Shown here piece after piece: positions 1-10,592 of a DNA stretch of 64,000 nt. The DNA comes from Naegleria gruberi (Eukaryota), in assembly GCA_000004985.1 (NCBI GenBank), contig GG738910.1; one strand, written 5' to 3'. The first letter of the stretch is position 1. Each line of letters starts with the position of its first letter. The notes below the pieces were generated by a model that saw nothing but the letters and a program-made list of their open reading frames with translations, ran no database searches and was not told where the DNA came from. Both the position numbers and the translations under genes were made by a program.

Positions 1-133
1 ATAGATTCGCTTCTAAAAAGGAAAATTTGAGAAATCATCCCATTTAACTCAATCTGATATTTAATAATTCCTACTATTTCCTTCATAAAAAAGTACAAAA
101 TATCATCACAAGCCTAATATTAATAATAACAAA

Positions 134-922
134 ATGAAACAAGAGTATCAACAAGTATTTAATCCTAGGAATGCATCTTCTAATAATAATAAATATAATA
201 CTAATAATAATAATAACAAAATGTCATTCATTGATGAAACTAATAATGTAACATTAAAAGTTAAAGTGAATCAACGAAATAATAATATGCATATTAAACA
301 ATCAAGATTGAGAAAACCATTACAAAATGATAAATTTCTATTAAATTATTTTGAATTTGATAAACAACAACATTCAAATGATTTAACTGTTTACAAAATT
401 GTTAATATTACAAATAGTAGTACATCATCAGCTCCACCATCAATAATTCCTAATGTTATTCAACAGTATCATCAAGGCTTGACTGCAATATCACCATCAT
501 CATTGGAATCTAATGATTTCATTTCTAATAATTATAGTAATTGTAAAATTAGTAAGAATCATGGTAGAAGAAGATTATCAGTTGATAGTATTGTTACAAC
601 TGAGAAAGTTAAAGTTAAATCACCACTCTCTCCTCAAATTGTAAATTATTCTAATAATAATGAATCTAATTCAAGCAATGCTACCACCACTAATAGTAGT
701 ACTAGTACTAGTTGTAGTAGTAATGATTGTAATATAACTGATAGTAATGATAATTATTATTGGGATTTACTTCTTTCAGAATTACAACAGGAAGAAACCA
801 AAGGCTTGGAATCATCATCCTCACATGATTCACTTTCTACCACAACAACATCACCAACAACATCAACAAGTGAAGTAGACGCGAACAACGTACCATGTGA
901 TTGTCTTGCTCAAATATTTTGA
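134..922 (+). CDS. Fam1 member a: small S/T/N-rich protein with N-terminal motif MSFIDETNNVT-KVKVNQRN-IKQSRLRKPLQNDKFLLNYFEFDKQQ-SNDLTVYKI and mid motif RRRLSVDSIVTTEKVKV. C-terminal motif divergent (PCDCLAQIF).
   Basis: Uninterrupted ATG ORF. The N-terminal ~60 aa are near-identical to 5 other ORFs in the window (8190, 17516, 19195, 22828, 24214). The shared mid motif G-RKP-ID-I-TTEKV is present. Confidence 0.55.
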   Translation: MKQEYQQVFNPRNASSNNNKYNTNNNNNKMSFIDETNNVTLKVKVNQRNNNMHIKQSRLRKPLQNDKFLLNYFEFDKQQHSNDLTVYKIVNITNSSTSSAPPSIIPNVIQQYHQGLTAISPSSLESNDFISNNYSNCKISKNHGRRRLSVDSIVTTEKVKVKSPLSPQIVNYSNNNESNSSNATTTNSSTSTSCSSNDCNITDSNDNYYWDLLLSELQQEETKGLESSSSHDSLSTTTTSPTTSTSEVDANNVPCDCLAQIF

Positions 923-1020
923 GTGTTATCCATGTACAAGTTCTGAAGTTTACATATTTGGTATAAAGTGATACCACTAACTAATAAAATTTCAAGCTTA
1001 AAAAAAAATAACGCACTTTC

Positions 1021-1760
1021 CCATTCTTCTGCATAAAATTGAATGGCCAAGAATAGCACCCAATCCGTTCTTCTAAAACAATCAGGTTACCTAAACACGA
1101 TGATCATCGTCAACTGCCACAAACAATCAACAACCACACCATCATCCCCATTATCAACATTATCAACAACACACAACAAACAACTATCATCAACATGATG
1201 GATAATACATACATCTAATAATTATTATTAATTTAATAATAATAATTAAAATCAACAAAAGACTAATGATCAACAGCCATTGTGCATGCATGCATTACAA
1301 CAACATCATGTTTAACAAACACATTTACATTTGATGTTATCACCACATACACATCTTGAATGTAAATGTACACAACTGAATGTAAATGTACACAACAACA
1401 ATATAATCGCATTAACAACCACACTACTATTAACATTTGAAATGATTATGATTAATTAATTTTACATCATGATGATGAACACATTTACATCTAGATGTTA
1501 TCCACATCATGTGATGCATGTGTAAAAAAACATAATACATCCTTTTTACAATCTAACATTTAATGCATGTAAAATGTGATGTGAATAATGTTGTACATGA
1601 TGTTGCCGTTATTGAAGTCATTAATGATGAGTNNNNNNNNNNNNNNNNNNNNNNNNNNNNNNNNNNNNNNNNNNNNNNNNNNTAAAGATAAATTTCTTAA
1701 TTTGTCCGTTCTCATTATTATCCTTTTACTGCTGTGATGTATTAGTTGAGTTGTAGTAAC
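1021..1760. repeat. Intergenic block rich in short inverted repeats (ACATTTACAT / ATGTAAATGT; 20-bp direct repeat TGAATGTAAATGTACACAAC x2 at ~1358-1397) and CATGCATG-type palindromes. Contains a 50-N gap.
   Basis: Direct reading of sequence: 'aacacatttacatttgatgttatcac' at ~1318 and 'aacacatttacatctagatgttatccac' at ~1478, plus 'gtgcatgcatgcatt'. No coding potential. Confidence 0.4.
1633..1682. other. Assembly gap (50 N)
   Basis: Run of n. Confidence 0.99.
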
Positions 1761-1789
1761 AGTCACACACTACTGATGGATTGAAAAAA

Positions 1790-2665
1790 ATGTTACCAAC
1801 ATTTAATTCCTCAAATCTTCACACTAGAAAGAGAGGAGATTTATCATCTTCATCGTCATCGTCATCTTCATCAAATCAACAACAACAACAACATTTTAAA
1901 TCAAACAAGTCTAATTGTTTGAGTAAAATAGTTTATTTAATAATAGGCTTGTTATTATTTATTATAGTATTATATTATTTATTATTTAATAGTAATAATA
2001 ATATTGATACTAATAGTAATAATATTGATACTAGTACTACAACAATTACAACTACTACCAATAATAATGATTTAACAATAACAACAAATAATGATGATAA
2101 ATTAGTATCAAATAATAATAATAATAATAATAATATTGAAAATGTACTAGTGGATAATAACATTAAATCATCATCATCATCATCCAATAATAATGAACCA
2201 CAACAACATCCACAACCAAATCCACAAGAACAAACACAACATGAACAAACACAACAATCGGATCAACAAGTACAAACTAATGAACCACAAGCACAACCAT
2301 CTCCTCAACCACAAGCACCTCAACAAGTACCACCAACACAACAACAAGAAGTAGAACATTCAGTAGTTGAAGAAGAAAAGAAAGAAACTCCATCAAATAT
2401 TCCACCACCACTATTAAAACGTGAAAAGACAGAAAAGGAGAAACAACAAGATTTAATATTTGAAGAAATTGCTAAATTATTAACTAATCCAGATCAAACA
2501 AGTGAAGGATCCTATGGATGGTATAGAAAACAATTAGATACCAATAATAGATTAGGTAATACTTTATTTGAAGATCCTATAATGACTAAATTAGGATTTC
2601 AAGATACAGTTACAACAAGTGAAGTATTATTTCACTATTTTAGAACATTTAATACAACACAAGAA
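1790..2665 (+). CDS. 5' part of a gene truncated by the 5.3-kb gap. Poly-Ser/Gln N-terminus, one TM segment (IVYLIIGLLLFIIVLYYLLF), Q/P-rich linker, then a globular region (GSYGWYRKQLDTNNRLGNTLFEDPIMTKLGFQDTV...).
   Basis: ORF from the first ATG (1790; the track start at 1781 is TTG) runs into the N-gap at 2666. Composition is typical of dictyostelid coding sequence. Function unknown. Confidence 0.45.
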
Positions 2666-5600
2666 NNNNNNNNNNNNNNNNNNNNNNNNNNNNNNNNNNN
2701 NNNNNNNNNNNNNNNNNNNNNNNNNNNNNNNNNNNNNNNNNNNNNNNNNNNNNNNNNNNNNNNNNNNNNNNNNNNNNNNNNNNNNNNNNNNNNNNNNNNN
2801 NNNNNNNNNNNNNNNNNNNNNNNNNNNNNNNNNNNNNNNNNNNNNNNNNNNNNNNNNNNNNNNNNNNNNNNNNNNNNNNNNNNNNNNNNNNNNNNNNNNN
2901 NNNNNNNNNNNNNNNNNNNNNNNNNNNNNNNNNNNNNNNNNNNNNNNNNNNNNNNNNNNNNNNNNNNNNNNNNNNNNNNNNNNNNNNNNNNNNNNNNNNN
3001 NNNNNNNNNNNNNNNNNNNNNNNNNNNNNNNNNNNNNNNNNNNNNNNNNNNNNNNNNNNNNNNNNNNNNNNNNNNNNNNNNNNNNNNNNNNNNNNNNNNN
3101 NNNNNNNNNNNNNNNNNNNNNNNNNNNNNNNNNNNNNNNNNNNNNNNNNNNNNNNNNNNNNNNNNNNNNNNNNNNNNNNNNNNNNNNNNNNNNNNNNNNN
3201 NNNNNNNNNNNNNNNNNNNNNNNNNNNNNNNNNNNNNNNNNNNNNNNNNNNNNNNNNNNNNNNNNNNNNNNNNNNNNNNNNNNNNNNNNNNNNNNNNNNN
3301 NNNNNNNNNNNNNNNNNNNNNNNNNNNNNNNNNNNNNNNNNNNNNNNNNNNNNNNNNNNNNNNNNNNNNNNNNNNNNNNNNNNNNNNNNNNNNNNNNNNN
3401 NNNNNNNNNNNNNNNNNNNNNNNNNNNNNNNNNNNNNNNNNNNNNNNNNNNNNNNNNNNNNNNNNNNNNNNNNNNNNNNNNNNNNNNNNNNNNNNNNNNN
3501 NNNNNNNNNNNNNNNNNNNNNNNNNNNNNNNNNNNNNNNNNNNNNNNNNNNNNNNNNNNNNNNNNNNNNNNNNNNNNNNNNNNNNNNNNNNNNNNNNNNN
3601 NNNNNNNNNNNNNNNNNNNNNNNNNNNNNNNNNNNNNNNNNNNNNNNNNNNNNNNNNNNNNNNNNNNNNNNNNNNNNNNNNNNNNNNNNNNNNNNNNNNN
3701 NNNNNNNNNNNNNNNNNNNNNNNNNNNNNNNNNNNNNNNNNNNNNNNNNNNNNNNNNNNNNNNNNNNNNNNNNNNNNNNNNNNNNNNNNNNNNNNNNNNN
3801 NNNNNNNNNNNNNNNNNNNNNNNNNNNNNNNNNNNNNNNNNNNNNNNNNNNNNNNNNNNNNNNNNNNNNNNNNNNNNNNNNNNNNNNNNNNNNNNNNNNN
3901 NNNNNNNNNNNNNNNNNNNNNNNNNNNNNNNNNNNNNNNNNNNNNNNNNNNNNNNNNNNNNNNNNNNNNNNNNNNNNNNNNNNNNNNNNNNNNNNNNNNN
4001 NNNNNNNNNNNNNNNNNNNNNNNNNNNNNNNNNNNNNNNNNNNNNNNNNNNNNNNNNNNNNNNNNNNNNNNNNNNNNNNNNNNNNNNNNNNNNNNNNNNN
4101 NNNNNNNNNNNNNNNNNNNNNNNNNNNNNNNNNNNNNNNNNNNNNNNNNNNNNNNNNNNNNNNNNNNNNNNNNNNNNNNNNNNNNNNNNNNNNNNNNNNN
4201 NNNNNNNNNNNNNNNNNNNNNNNNNNNNNNNNNNNNNNNNNNNNNNNNNNNNNNNNNNNNNNNNNNNNNNNNNNNNNNNNNNNNNNNNNNNNNNNNNNNN
4301 NNNNNNNNNNNNNNNNNNNNNNNNNNNNNNNNNNNNNNNNNNNNNNNNNNNNNNNNNNNNNNNNNNNNNNNNNNNNNNNNNNNNNNNNNNNNNNNNNNNN
4401 NNNNNNNNNNNNNNNNNNNNNNNNNNNNNNNNNNNNNNNNNNNNNNNNNNNNNNNNNNNNNNNNNNNNNNNNNNNNNNNNNNNNNNNNNNNNNNNNNNNN
4501 NNNNNNNNNNNNNNNNNNNNNNNNNNNNNNNNNNNNNNNNNNNNNNNNNNNNNNNNNNNNNNNNNNNNNNNNNNNNNNNNNNNNNNNNNNNNNNNNNNNN
4601 NNNNNNNNNNNNNNNNNNNNNNNNNNNNNNNNNNNNNNNNNNNNNNNNNNNNNNNNNNNNNNNNNNNNNNNNNNNNNNNNNNNNNNNNNNNNNNNNNNNN
4701 NNNNNNNNNNNNNNNNNNNNNNNNNNNNNNNNNNNNNNNNNNNNNNNNNNNNNNNNNNNNNNNNNNNNNNNNNNNNNNNNNNNNNNNNNNNNNNNNNNNN
4801 NNNNNNNNNNNNNNNNNNNNNNNNNNNNNNNNNNNNNNNNNNNNNNNNNNNNNNNNNNNNNNNNNNNNNNNNNNNNNNNNNNNNNNNNNNNNNNNNNNNN
4901 NNNNNNNNNNNNNNNNNNNNNNNNNNNNNNNNNNNNNNNNNNNNNNNNNNNNNNNNNNNNNNNNNNNNNNNNNNNNNNNNNNNNNNNNNNNNNNNNNNNN
5001 NNNNNNNNNNNNNNNNNNNNNNNNNNNNNNNNNNNNNNNNNNNNNNNNNNNNNNNNNNNNNNNNNNNNNNNNNNNNNNNNNNNNNNNNNNNNNNNNNNNN
5101 NNNNNNNNNNNNNNNNNNNNNNNNNNNNNNNNNNNNNNNNNNNNNNNNNNNNNNNNNNNNNNNNNNNNNNNNNNNNNNNNNNNNNNNNNNNNNNNNNNNN
5201 NNNNNNNNNNNNNNNNNNNNNNNNNNNNNNNNNNNNNNNNNNNNNNNNNNNNNNNNNNNNNNNNNNNNNNNNNNNNNNNNNNNNNNNNNNNNNNNNNNNN
5301 NNNNNNNNNNNNNNNNNNNNNNNNNNNNNNNNNNNNNNNNNNNNNNNNNNNNNNNNNNNNNNNNNNNNNNNNNNNNNNNNNNNNNNNNNNNNNNNNNNNN
5401 NNNNNNNNNNNNNNNNNNNNNNNNNNNNNNNNNNNNNNNNNNNNNNNNNNNNNNNNNNNNNNNNNNNNNNNNNNNNNNNNNNNNNNNNNNNNNNNNNNNN
5501 NNNNNNNNNNNNNNNNNNNNNNNNNNNNNNNNNNNNNNNNNNNNNNNNNNNNNNNNNNNNNNNNNNNNNNNNNNNNNNNNNNNNNNNNNNNNNNNNNNNN

Positions 5601-7981
5601 NNNNNNNNNNNNNNNNNNNNNNNNNNNNNNNNNNNNNNNNNNNNNNNNNNNNNNNNNNNNNNNNNNNNNNNNNNNNNNNNNNNNNNNNNNNNNNNNNNNN
5701 NNNNNNNNNNNNNNNNNNNNNNNNNNNNNNNNNNNNNNNNNNNNNNNNNNNNNNNNNNNNNNNNNNNNNNNNNNNNNNNNNNNNNNNNNNNNNNNNNNNN
5801 NNNNNNNNNNNNNNNNNNNNNNNNNNNNNNNNNNNNNNNNNNNNNNNNNNNNNNNNNNNNNNNNNNNNNNNNNNNNNNNNNNNNNNNNNNNNNNNNNNNN
5901 NNNNNNNNNNNNNNNNNNNNNNNNNNNNNNNNNNNNNNNNNNNNNNNNNNNNNNNNNNNNNNNNNNNNNNNNNNNNNNNNNNNNNNNNNNNNNNNNNNNN
6001 NNNNNNNNNNNNNNNNNNNNNNNNNNNNNNNNNNNNNNNNNNNNNNNNNNNNNNNNNNNNNNNNNNNNNNNNNNNNNNNNNNNNNNNNNNNNNNNNNNNN
6101 NNNNNNNNNNNNNNNNNNNNNNNNNNNNNNNNNNNNNNNNNNNNNNNNNNNNNNNNNNNNNNNNNNNNNNNNNNNNNNNNNNNNNNNNNNNNNNNNNNNN
6201 NNNNNNNNNNNNNNNNNNNNNNNNNNNNNNNNNNNNNNNNNNNNNNNNNNNNNNNNNNNNNNNNNNNNNNNNNNNNNNNNNNNNNNNNNNNNNNNNNNNN
6301 NNNNNNNNNNNNNNNNNNNNNNNNNNNNNNNNNNNNNNNNNNNNNNNNNNNNNNNNNNNNNNNNNNNNNNNNNNNNNNNNNNNNNNNNNNNNNNNNNNNN
6401 NNNNNNNNNNNNNNNNNNNNNNNNNNNNNNNNNNNNNNNNNNNNNNNNNNNNNNNNNNNNNNNNNNNNNNNNNNNNNNNNNNNNNNNNNNNNNNNNNNNN
6501 NNNNNNNNNNNNNNNNNNNNNNNNNNNNNNNNNNNNNNNNNNNNNNNNNNNNNNNNNNNNNNNNNNNNNNNNNNNNNNNNNNNNNNNNNNNNNNNNNNNN
6601 NNNNNNNNNNNNNNNNNNNNNNNNNNNNNNNNNNNNNNNNNNNNNNNNNNNNNNNNNNNNNNNNNNNNNNNNNNNNNNNNNNNNNNNNNNNNNNNNNNNN
6701 NNNNNNNNNNNNNNNNNNNNNNNNNNNNNNNNNNNNNNNNNNNNNNNNNNNNNNNNNNNNNNNNNNNNNNNNNNNNNNNNNNNNNNNNNNNNNNNNNNNN
6801 NNNNNNNNNNNNNNNNNNNNNNNNNNNNNNNNNNNNNNNNNNNNNNNNNNNNNNNNNNNNNNNNNNNNNNNNNNNNNNNNNNNNNNNNNNNNNNNNNNNN
6901 NNNNNNNNNNNNNNNNNNNNNNNNNNNNNNNNNNNNNNNNNNNNNNNNNNNNNNNNNNNNNNNNNNNNNNNNNNNNNNNNNNNNNNNNNNNNNNNNNNNN
7001 NNNNNNNNNNNNNNNNNNNNNNNNNNNNNNNNNNNNNNNNNNNNNNNNNNNNNNNNNNNNNNNNNNNNNNNNNNNNNNNNNNNNNNNNNNNNNNNNNNNN
7101 NNNNNNNNNNNNNNNNNNNNNNNNNNNNNNNNNNNNNNNNNNNNNNNNNNNNNNNNNNNNNNNNNNNNNNNNNNNNNNNNNNNNNNNNNNNNNNNNNNNN
7201 NNNNNNNNNNNNNNNNNNNNNNNNNNNNNNNNNNNNNNNNNNNNNNNNNNNNNNNNNNNNNNNNNNNNNNNNNNNNNNNNNNNNNNNNNNNNNNNNNNNN
7301 NNNNNNNNNNNNNNNNNNNNNNNNNNNNNNNNNNNNNNNNNNNNNNNNNNNNNNNNNNNNNNNNNNNNNNNNNNNNNNNNNNNNNNNNNNNNNNNNNNNN
7401 NNNNNNNNNNNNNNNNNNNNNNNNNNNNNNNNNNNNNNNNNNNNNNNNNNNNNNNNNNNNNNNNNNNNNNNNNNNNNNNNNNNNNNNNNNNNNNNNNNNN
7501 NNNNNNNNNNNNNNNNNNNNNNNNNNNNNNNNNNNNNNNNNNNNNNNNNNNNNNNNNNNNNNNNNNNNNNNNNNNNNNNNNNNNNNNNNNNNNNNNNNNN
7601 NNNNNNNNNNNNNNNNNNNNNNNNNNNNNNNNNNNNNNNNNNNNNNNNNNNNNNNNNNNNNNNNNNNNNNNNNNNNNNNNNNNNNNNNNNNNNNNNNNNN
7701 NNNNNNNNNNNNNNNNNNNNNNNNNNNNNNNNNNNNNNNNNNNNNNNNNNNNNNNNNNNNNNNNNNNNNNNNNNNNNNNNNNNNNNNNNNNNNNNNNNNN
7801 NNNNNNNNNNNNNNNNNNNNNNNNNNNNNNNNNNNNNNNNNNNNNNNNNNNNNNNNNNNNNNNNNNNNNNNNNNNNNNNNNNNNNNNNNNNNNNNNNNNN
7901 NNNNNNNNNNNNNNNNNNNNNNNNNNNNNNNNNNNNNNNNNNNNNNNNNNNNNNNNNNNNNNNNNNNNNNNNNNNNNNNNN
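2666..7981. other. Assembly gap (5316 N). The three long 'ORFs' spanning it (1781..8020, 2619..8921, complement 2635..8016) are artefacts.
   Basis: Run of n. Probably collapsed repeat or family copies, given the flanking family genes. Confidence 0.99.
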
Positions 7982-8189
7982 AAATTTATTAGGATCATCA
8001 ACATTACCAACAACAAATAATGATCAAATTATTGGTGCATATAAATTATTGAATAATTTATTATTATTAGAATCTAATCATTCAGAGCCTTCTCATCATC
8101 CACAACAACAACAACAACAAGTAAATGATAGTACTAGTACTTTTATTACTAATAATAGTAATTTACATAATTATGATCTTCCTTCTAAT

Positions 8190-8921
8190 ATGAATAAATC
8201 AGAATCTCAAGATTCAAAACATCAATTAACTAGTAATACTAACAATAATAATAAGAAAAGAAAGAATGATCACATTCAAACTAGTAATTCTAATAATAAT
8301 TCTAATAGTAATGTTAATAATAATTCTAATAGTAATGGTAATAATTCTAATAATTCTAATTCTAATTCTAATTATAATAATGGTAATAATACTAATAATG
8401 GTAACATGTCATTTATAGATGAAACTAATAATGTAACATTAAAAGCTAAAGTGAATCAACGAAATAATAATTTAAATATTAAACAATCAAGATTGAGAAA
8501 ACCATTACAAAATGATAAATTATTAAAAAATTATTTTGAATTTGATAAACAACAACAATCAAATGATTTAATTAAATTTAAATTAATTGATACTACTATT
8601 AATAATATAAATGGTAATATTAAAGATAATTATGTAAATACATTTAATAATAGAATTGGGTGTAGAAAACCATCTATTGATCAAATTATTACAAGTGAAA
8701 AAGTTACATTTAATAATATTATAAATAATAATTTAATTAATAATATTGTAGTATATGATAATAATGATCAACAAGATAATTATTCATTACCTAAAGAAGA
8801 AGAAGAAGCAGATAATTTATTAAATATTGAAGATGAATCAATTTTCAATAATATTGAATTAAATAATGAAAGTGATGGTAATAGTTTTATCAGTTCATTT
8901 TCATTTCTATTTAAAGAATAA
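8190..8921 (+). CDS. Fam1 member b: MSFIDETNNVTLKAKVNQRNNNLNIKQSRLRKPLQNDKLLKNYFEFDKQQQSNDL..., IGCRKPSIDQIITSEKVTF..., ending EEEEADNLLNIEDESIFNNIELNNESDGNSFISSFSFLFKE.
   Basis: The frame is open from the gap. The first ATG after the gap is at 8190 (MNKSES...) and the MSFIDE Met is at 8406. All three family motifs are present, so the 5' end is uncertain. Confidence 0.5.
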   Translation: MNKSESQDSKHQLTSNTNNNNKKRKNDHIQTSNSNNNSNSNVNNNSNSNGNNSNNSNSNSNYNNGNNTNNGNMSFIDETNNVTLKAKVNQRNNNLNIKQSRLRKPLQNDKLLKNYFEFDKQQQSNDLIKFKLIDTTINNINGNIKDNYVNTFNNRIGCRKPSIDQIITSEKVTFNNIINNNLINNIVVYDNNDQQDNYSLPKEEEEADNLLNIEDESIFNNIELNNESDGNSFISSFSFLFKE

Positions 8922-9230
8922 TAAATTTATATTTAAACTTATTATAATCACCAAGGGATTCTATCAAATTTGTTAATAATCGTTTTACGCTAATGATTAG
9001 CAAGTAATATTGAGCCTACATGTTGAGATTCATATGTGAGAATCCCTCAAGAATTTGGAATCCATGGAGAGAGCATGAACTTTGGTTCCTTAATTTAAAC
9101 ATTAAGAAGGAGTGCCAACAGTGGTTGGTGACATGAAAGTCAAAACGACTGATTTATTCACAATCACAGTTCTGACATGTAATTGCTGAATTGTGTTTTA
9201 GAGATTATGTTTTTATTTTCATGCCATGTT

Positions 9231-9320
9231 CGCACAATACAGCAATAGTACTATCGTCCGAATTCGTCATGAAATCTGGAATTGTCAATTATTTCTTTCT
9301 ATTGTAGTGTATTGCTTCCG
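9231..9320 (+). promoter_or_regulatory. Conserved upstream module of Fam2 genes (...ACTATCGTCCGAATTCGTCATGAAATCTGGAATTGT...TTATTTCTTTCTATTGT...TATTGCTTC). Repeated at 10756-10850 and absent from the third copy.
   Basis: ~90-bp near-identical block located ~120-200 bp upstream of the ATGs of Fam2 copies a and b. The track ORF 9226..9420 over it is rejected as coding. Confidence 0.3.
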
Positions 9321-9442
9321 AGTTTCGTTCAATACAATTCAATACAAGGAAAGTATTATTGGAAATATGAGAGTGGATGAAATAGAGGATGCAAGTTTCT
9401 TTTGCTTGATGCTCAGTTGAATATTCACAAAAAAACAACATT

Positions 9443-10429
9443 ATGATGAATAATAACTCGACTTCAAGTTGGATAAATGAATTTTCCTCTACTGCTCATA
9501 CCTGTTCAGTTGATGTTTTTTGTGGAATGGTCTCTCCATCATTCTCCAACAACAAGCCTTCAATAACAATGAACAATACAATTACAGATGATGAATGTAT
9601 TGAACCAAGTCTAAATCTTGATGTTATTGATTTTATTCAGAGTTGGGAATTATTAAAGATGATGACAACTCCAAAGCAACAATTATTTAATAGAAAGCCT
9701 TTTGACAAGCCTTCTATTCACCAAATGTCAGCCTTCAATAATATCCAATGTACTAAAATCACCTCAACTGTTATGAATTCTATTGATGCTGATATTAAGT
9801 GCACTCCATCACACTCATCCACATGCCATATTGTATTACCATCACCAACTGAGACATTATCTCTACTGACACTTAACACCTCACCTCCTCATCAGCAACC
9901 CTTCAATGCTAATACTATTGAAAATAGCCTGACCAATACCATTTCTAATACTGACATTGCTGATAAGGTACTTTTAACCAATTTAGAATCATATCAATTT
10001 CCCAAGAATCCTTATCATGAACATTATGATCAATCACCACCACCATCAAATGATATATCCATGATGCCACTCCAACAACAAACTAATGTAAACAATACAT
10101 TCAACAAGAAGGATGATAATCGTATTCTAAAGAGAAAGAGAAAGATTTCTAATGTATCTTCATTCGAATCAGAAAAGAGAAAAACCTCAATTTCATCCAC
10201 CACACCACCTACAACATGTTCAAGTAATTCATCCTCAATTGGTAATAATAGTTCATTATCAACAAATGTGCACTCACAACAATCATTCAATAATTGTATT
10301 ATAATTTCAAATCCAAAACATTTGAAAAGAAGAAGAAAATATCAAAAGAGAAAGAATTCAGCCAATACAAATCCTGCTCAAACTCAAATGGAATTTCACT
10401 TTCCAGTTTGGACTTTTCATTTAGAATAA
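9443..10429 (+). CDS. Fam2 member a (328 aa): N-terminal MMNNNSTSSWINE...CIEPSLNLDVIDFIQSWELLKMMTTPKQQLFNRKP, S/T/P-rich middle with KRKRKISNVSSFESEKRKTS, C-terminal basic block NPKHLKRRRKYQKRKNSANTNPAQTQMEFHFPVWTFHLE.
   Basis: ATG ORF. Paralogous to 11002, 11657, 15288, 16323 and complement 26260. No recognisable Pfam-type domain. The basic block is NLS-like. Confidence 0.6.
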   Translation: MMNNNSTSSWINEFSSTAHTCSVDVFCGMVSPSFSNNKPSITMNNTITDDECIEPSLNLDVIDFIQSWELLKMMTTPKQQLFNRKPFDKPSIHQMSAFNNIQCTKITSTVMNSIDADIKCTPSHSSTCHIVLPSPTETLSLLTLNTSPPHQQPFNANTIENSLTNTISNTDIADKVLLTNLESYQFPKNPYHEHYDQSPPPSNDISMMPLQQQTNVNNTFNKKDDNRILKRKRKISNVSSFESEKRKTSISSTTPPTTCSSNSSSIGNNSSLSTNVHSQQSFNNCIIISNPKHLKRRRKYQKRKNSANTNPAQTQMEFHFPVWTFHLE

Positions 10430-10486
10430 ATTGTTTTTTTAATAATATTTGTTTTATATTCTCTGTGTGTCCGAATAATTTAATAT

Positions 10487-10592
10487 TCAACAAGATAATT
10501 ATTCATTACCACTTGAAGAAGCAGATAATTTATTAAATATTGAAGATGAACCAATTTTCAATTTTATTGAATTAAATAATGAAAGTGAAAAT
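10487..10592 (+). pseudogene. Orphan 3'-end fragment of a Fam1 gene (copy of 8765-8880, ~90% identity) lacking the terminal SFLF motif. Marks a duplication breakpoint.
   Basis: 'caacaagataattattcattacc...gcagataatttattaaatattgaagatgaa(t/c)caattttcaat...attgaattaaataatgaaagtga' is shared between 8760-8880 and 10487-10592. The same downstream spacer reappears at 11368-11487, immediately after the gap. Confidence 0.55.

Noticed and set aside
1781-8921. Three giant ORFs spanning the 5.3-kb N-run (1781..8020, 2619..8921, complement 2635..8016)
   Set aside because: They are open only because N translates to X. The real coding segments are the flanking pieces (1790..2665 and 8190..8921).
9226-9420. 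64-aa ORF over the conserved Fam2 upstream module
   Set aside because: The conservation is at DNA level and is shared with non-coding copies (10756-10850). It has no coding periodicity and lies in the promoter position of the downstream gene.
10030-10290. Antisense and overlapping small ORFs inside family genes (e.g. 1975..2187, 10030..10290, 12262..12501, 23116..23381, 25213..25422, 28053..28271)
   Set aside because: They mirror low-complexity S/T/N/E-rich coding on the opposite strand (poly-L/I/V/D translations). They are typical artefacts of repetitive codons.
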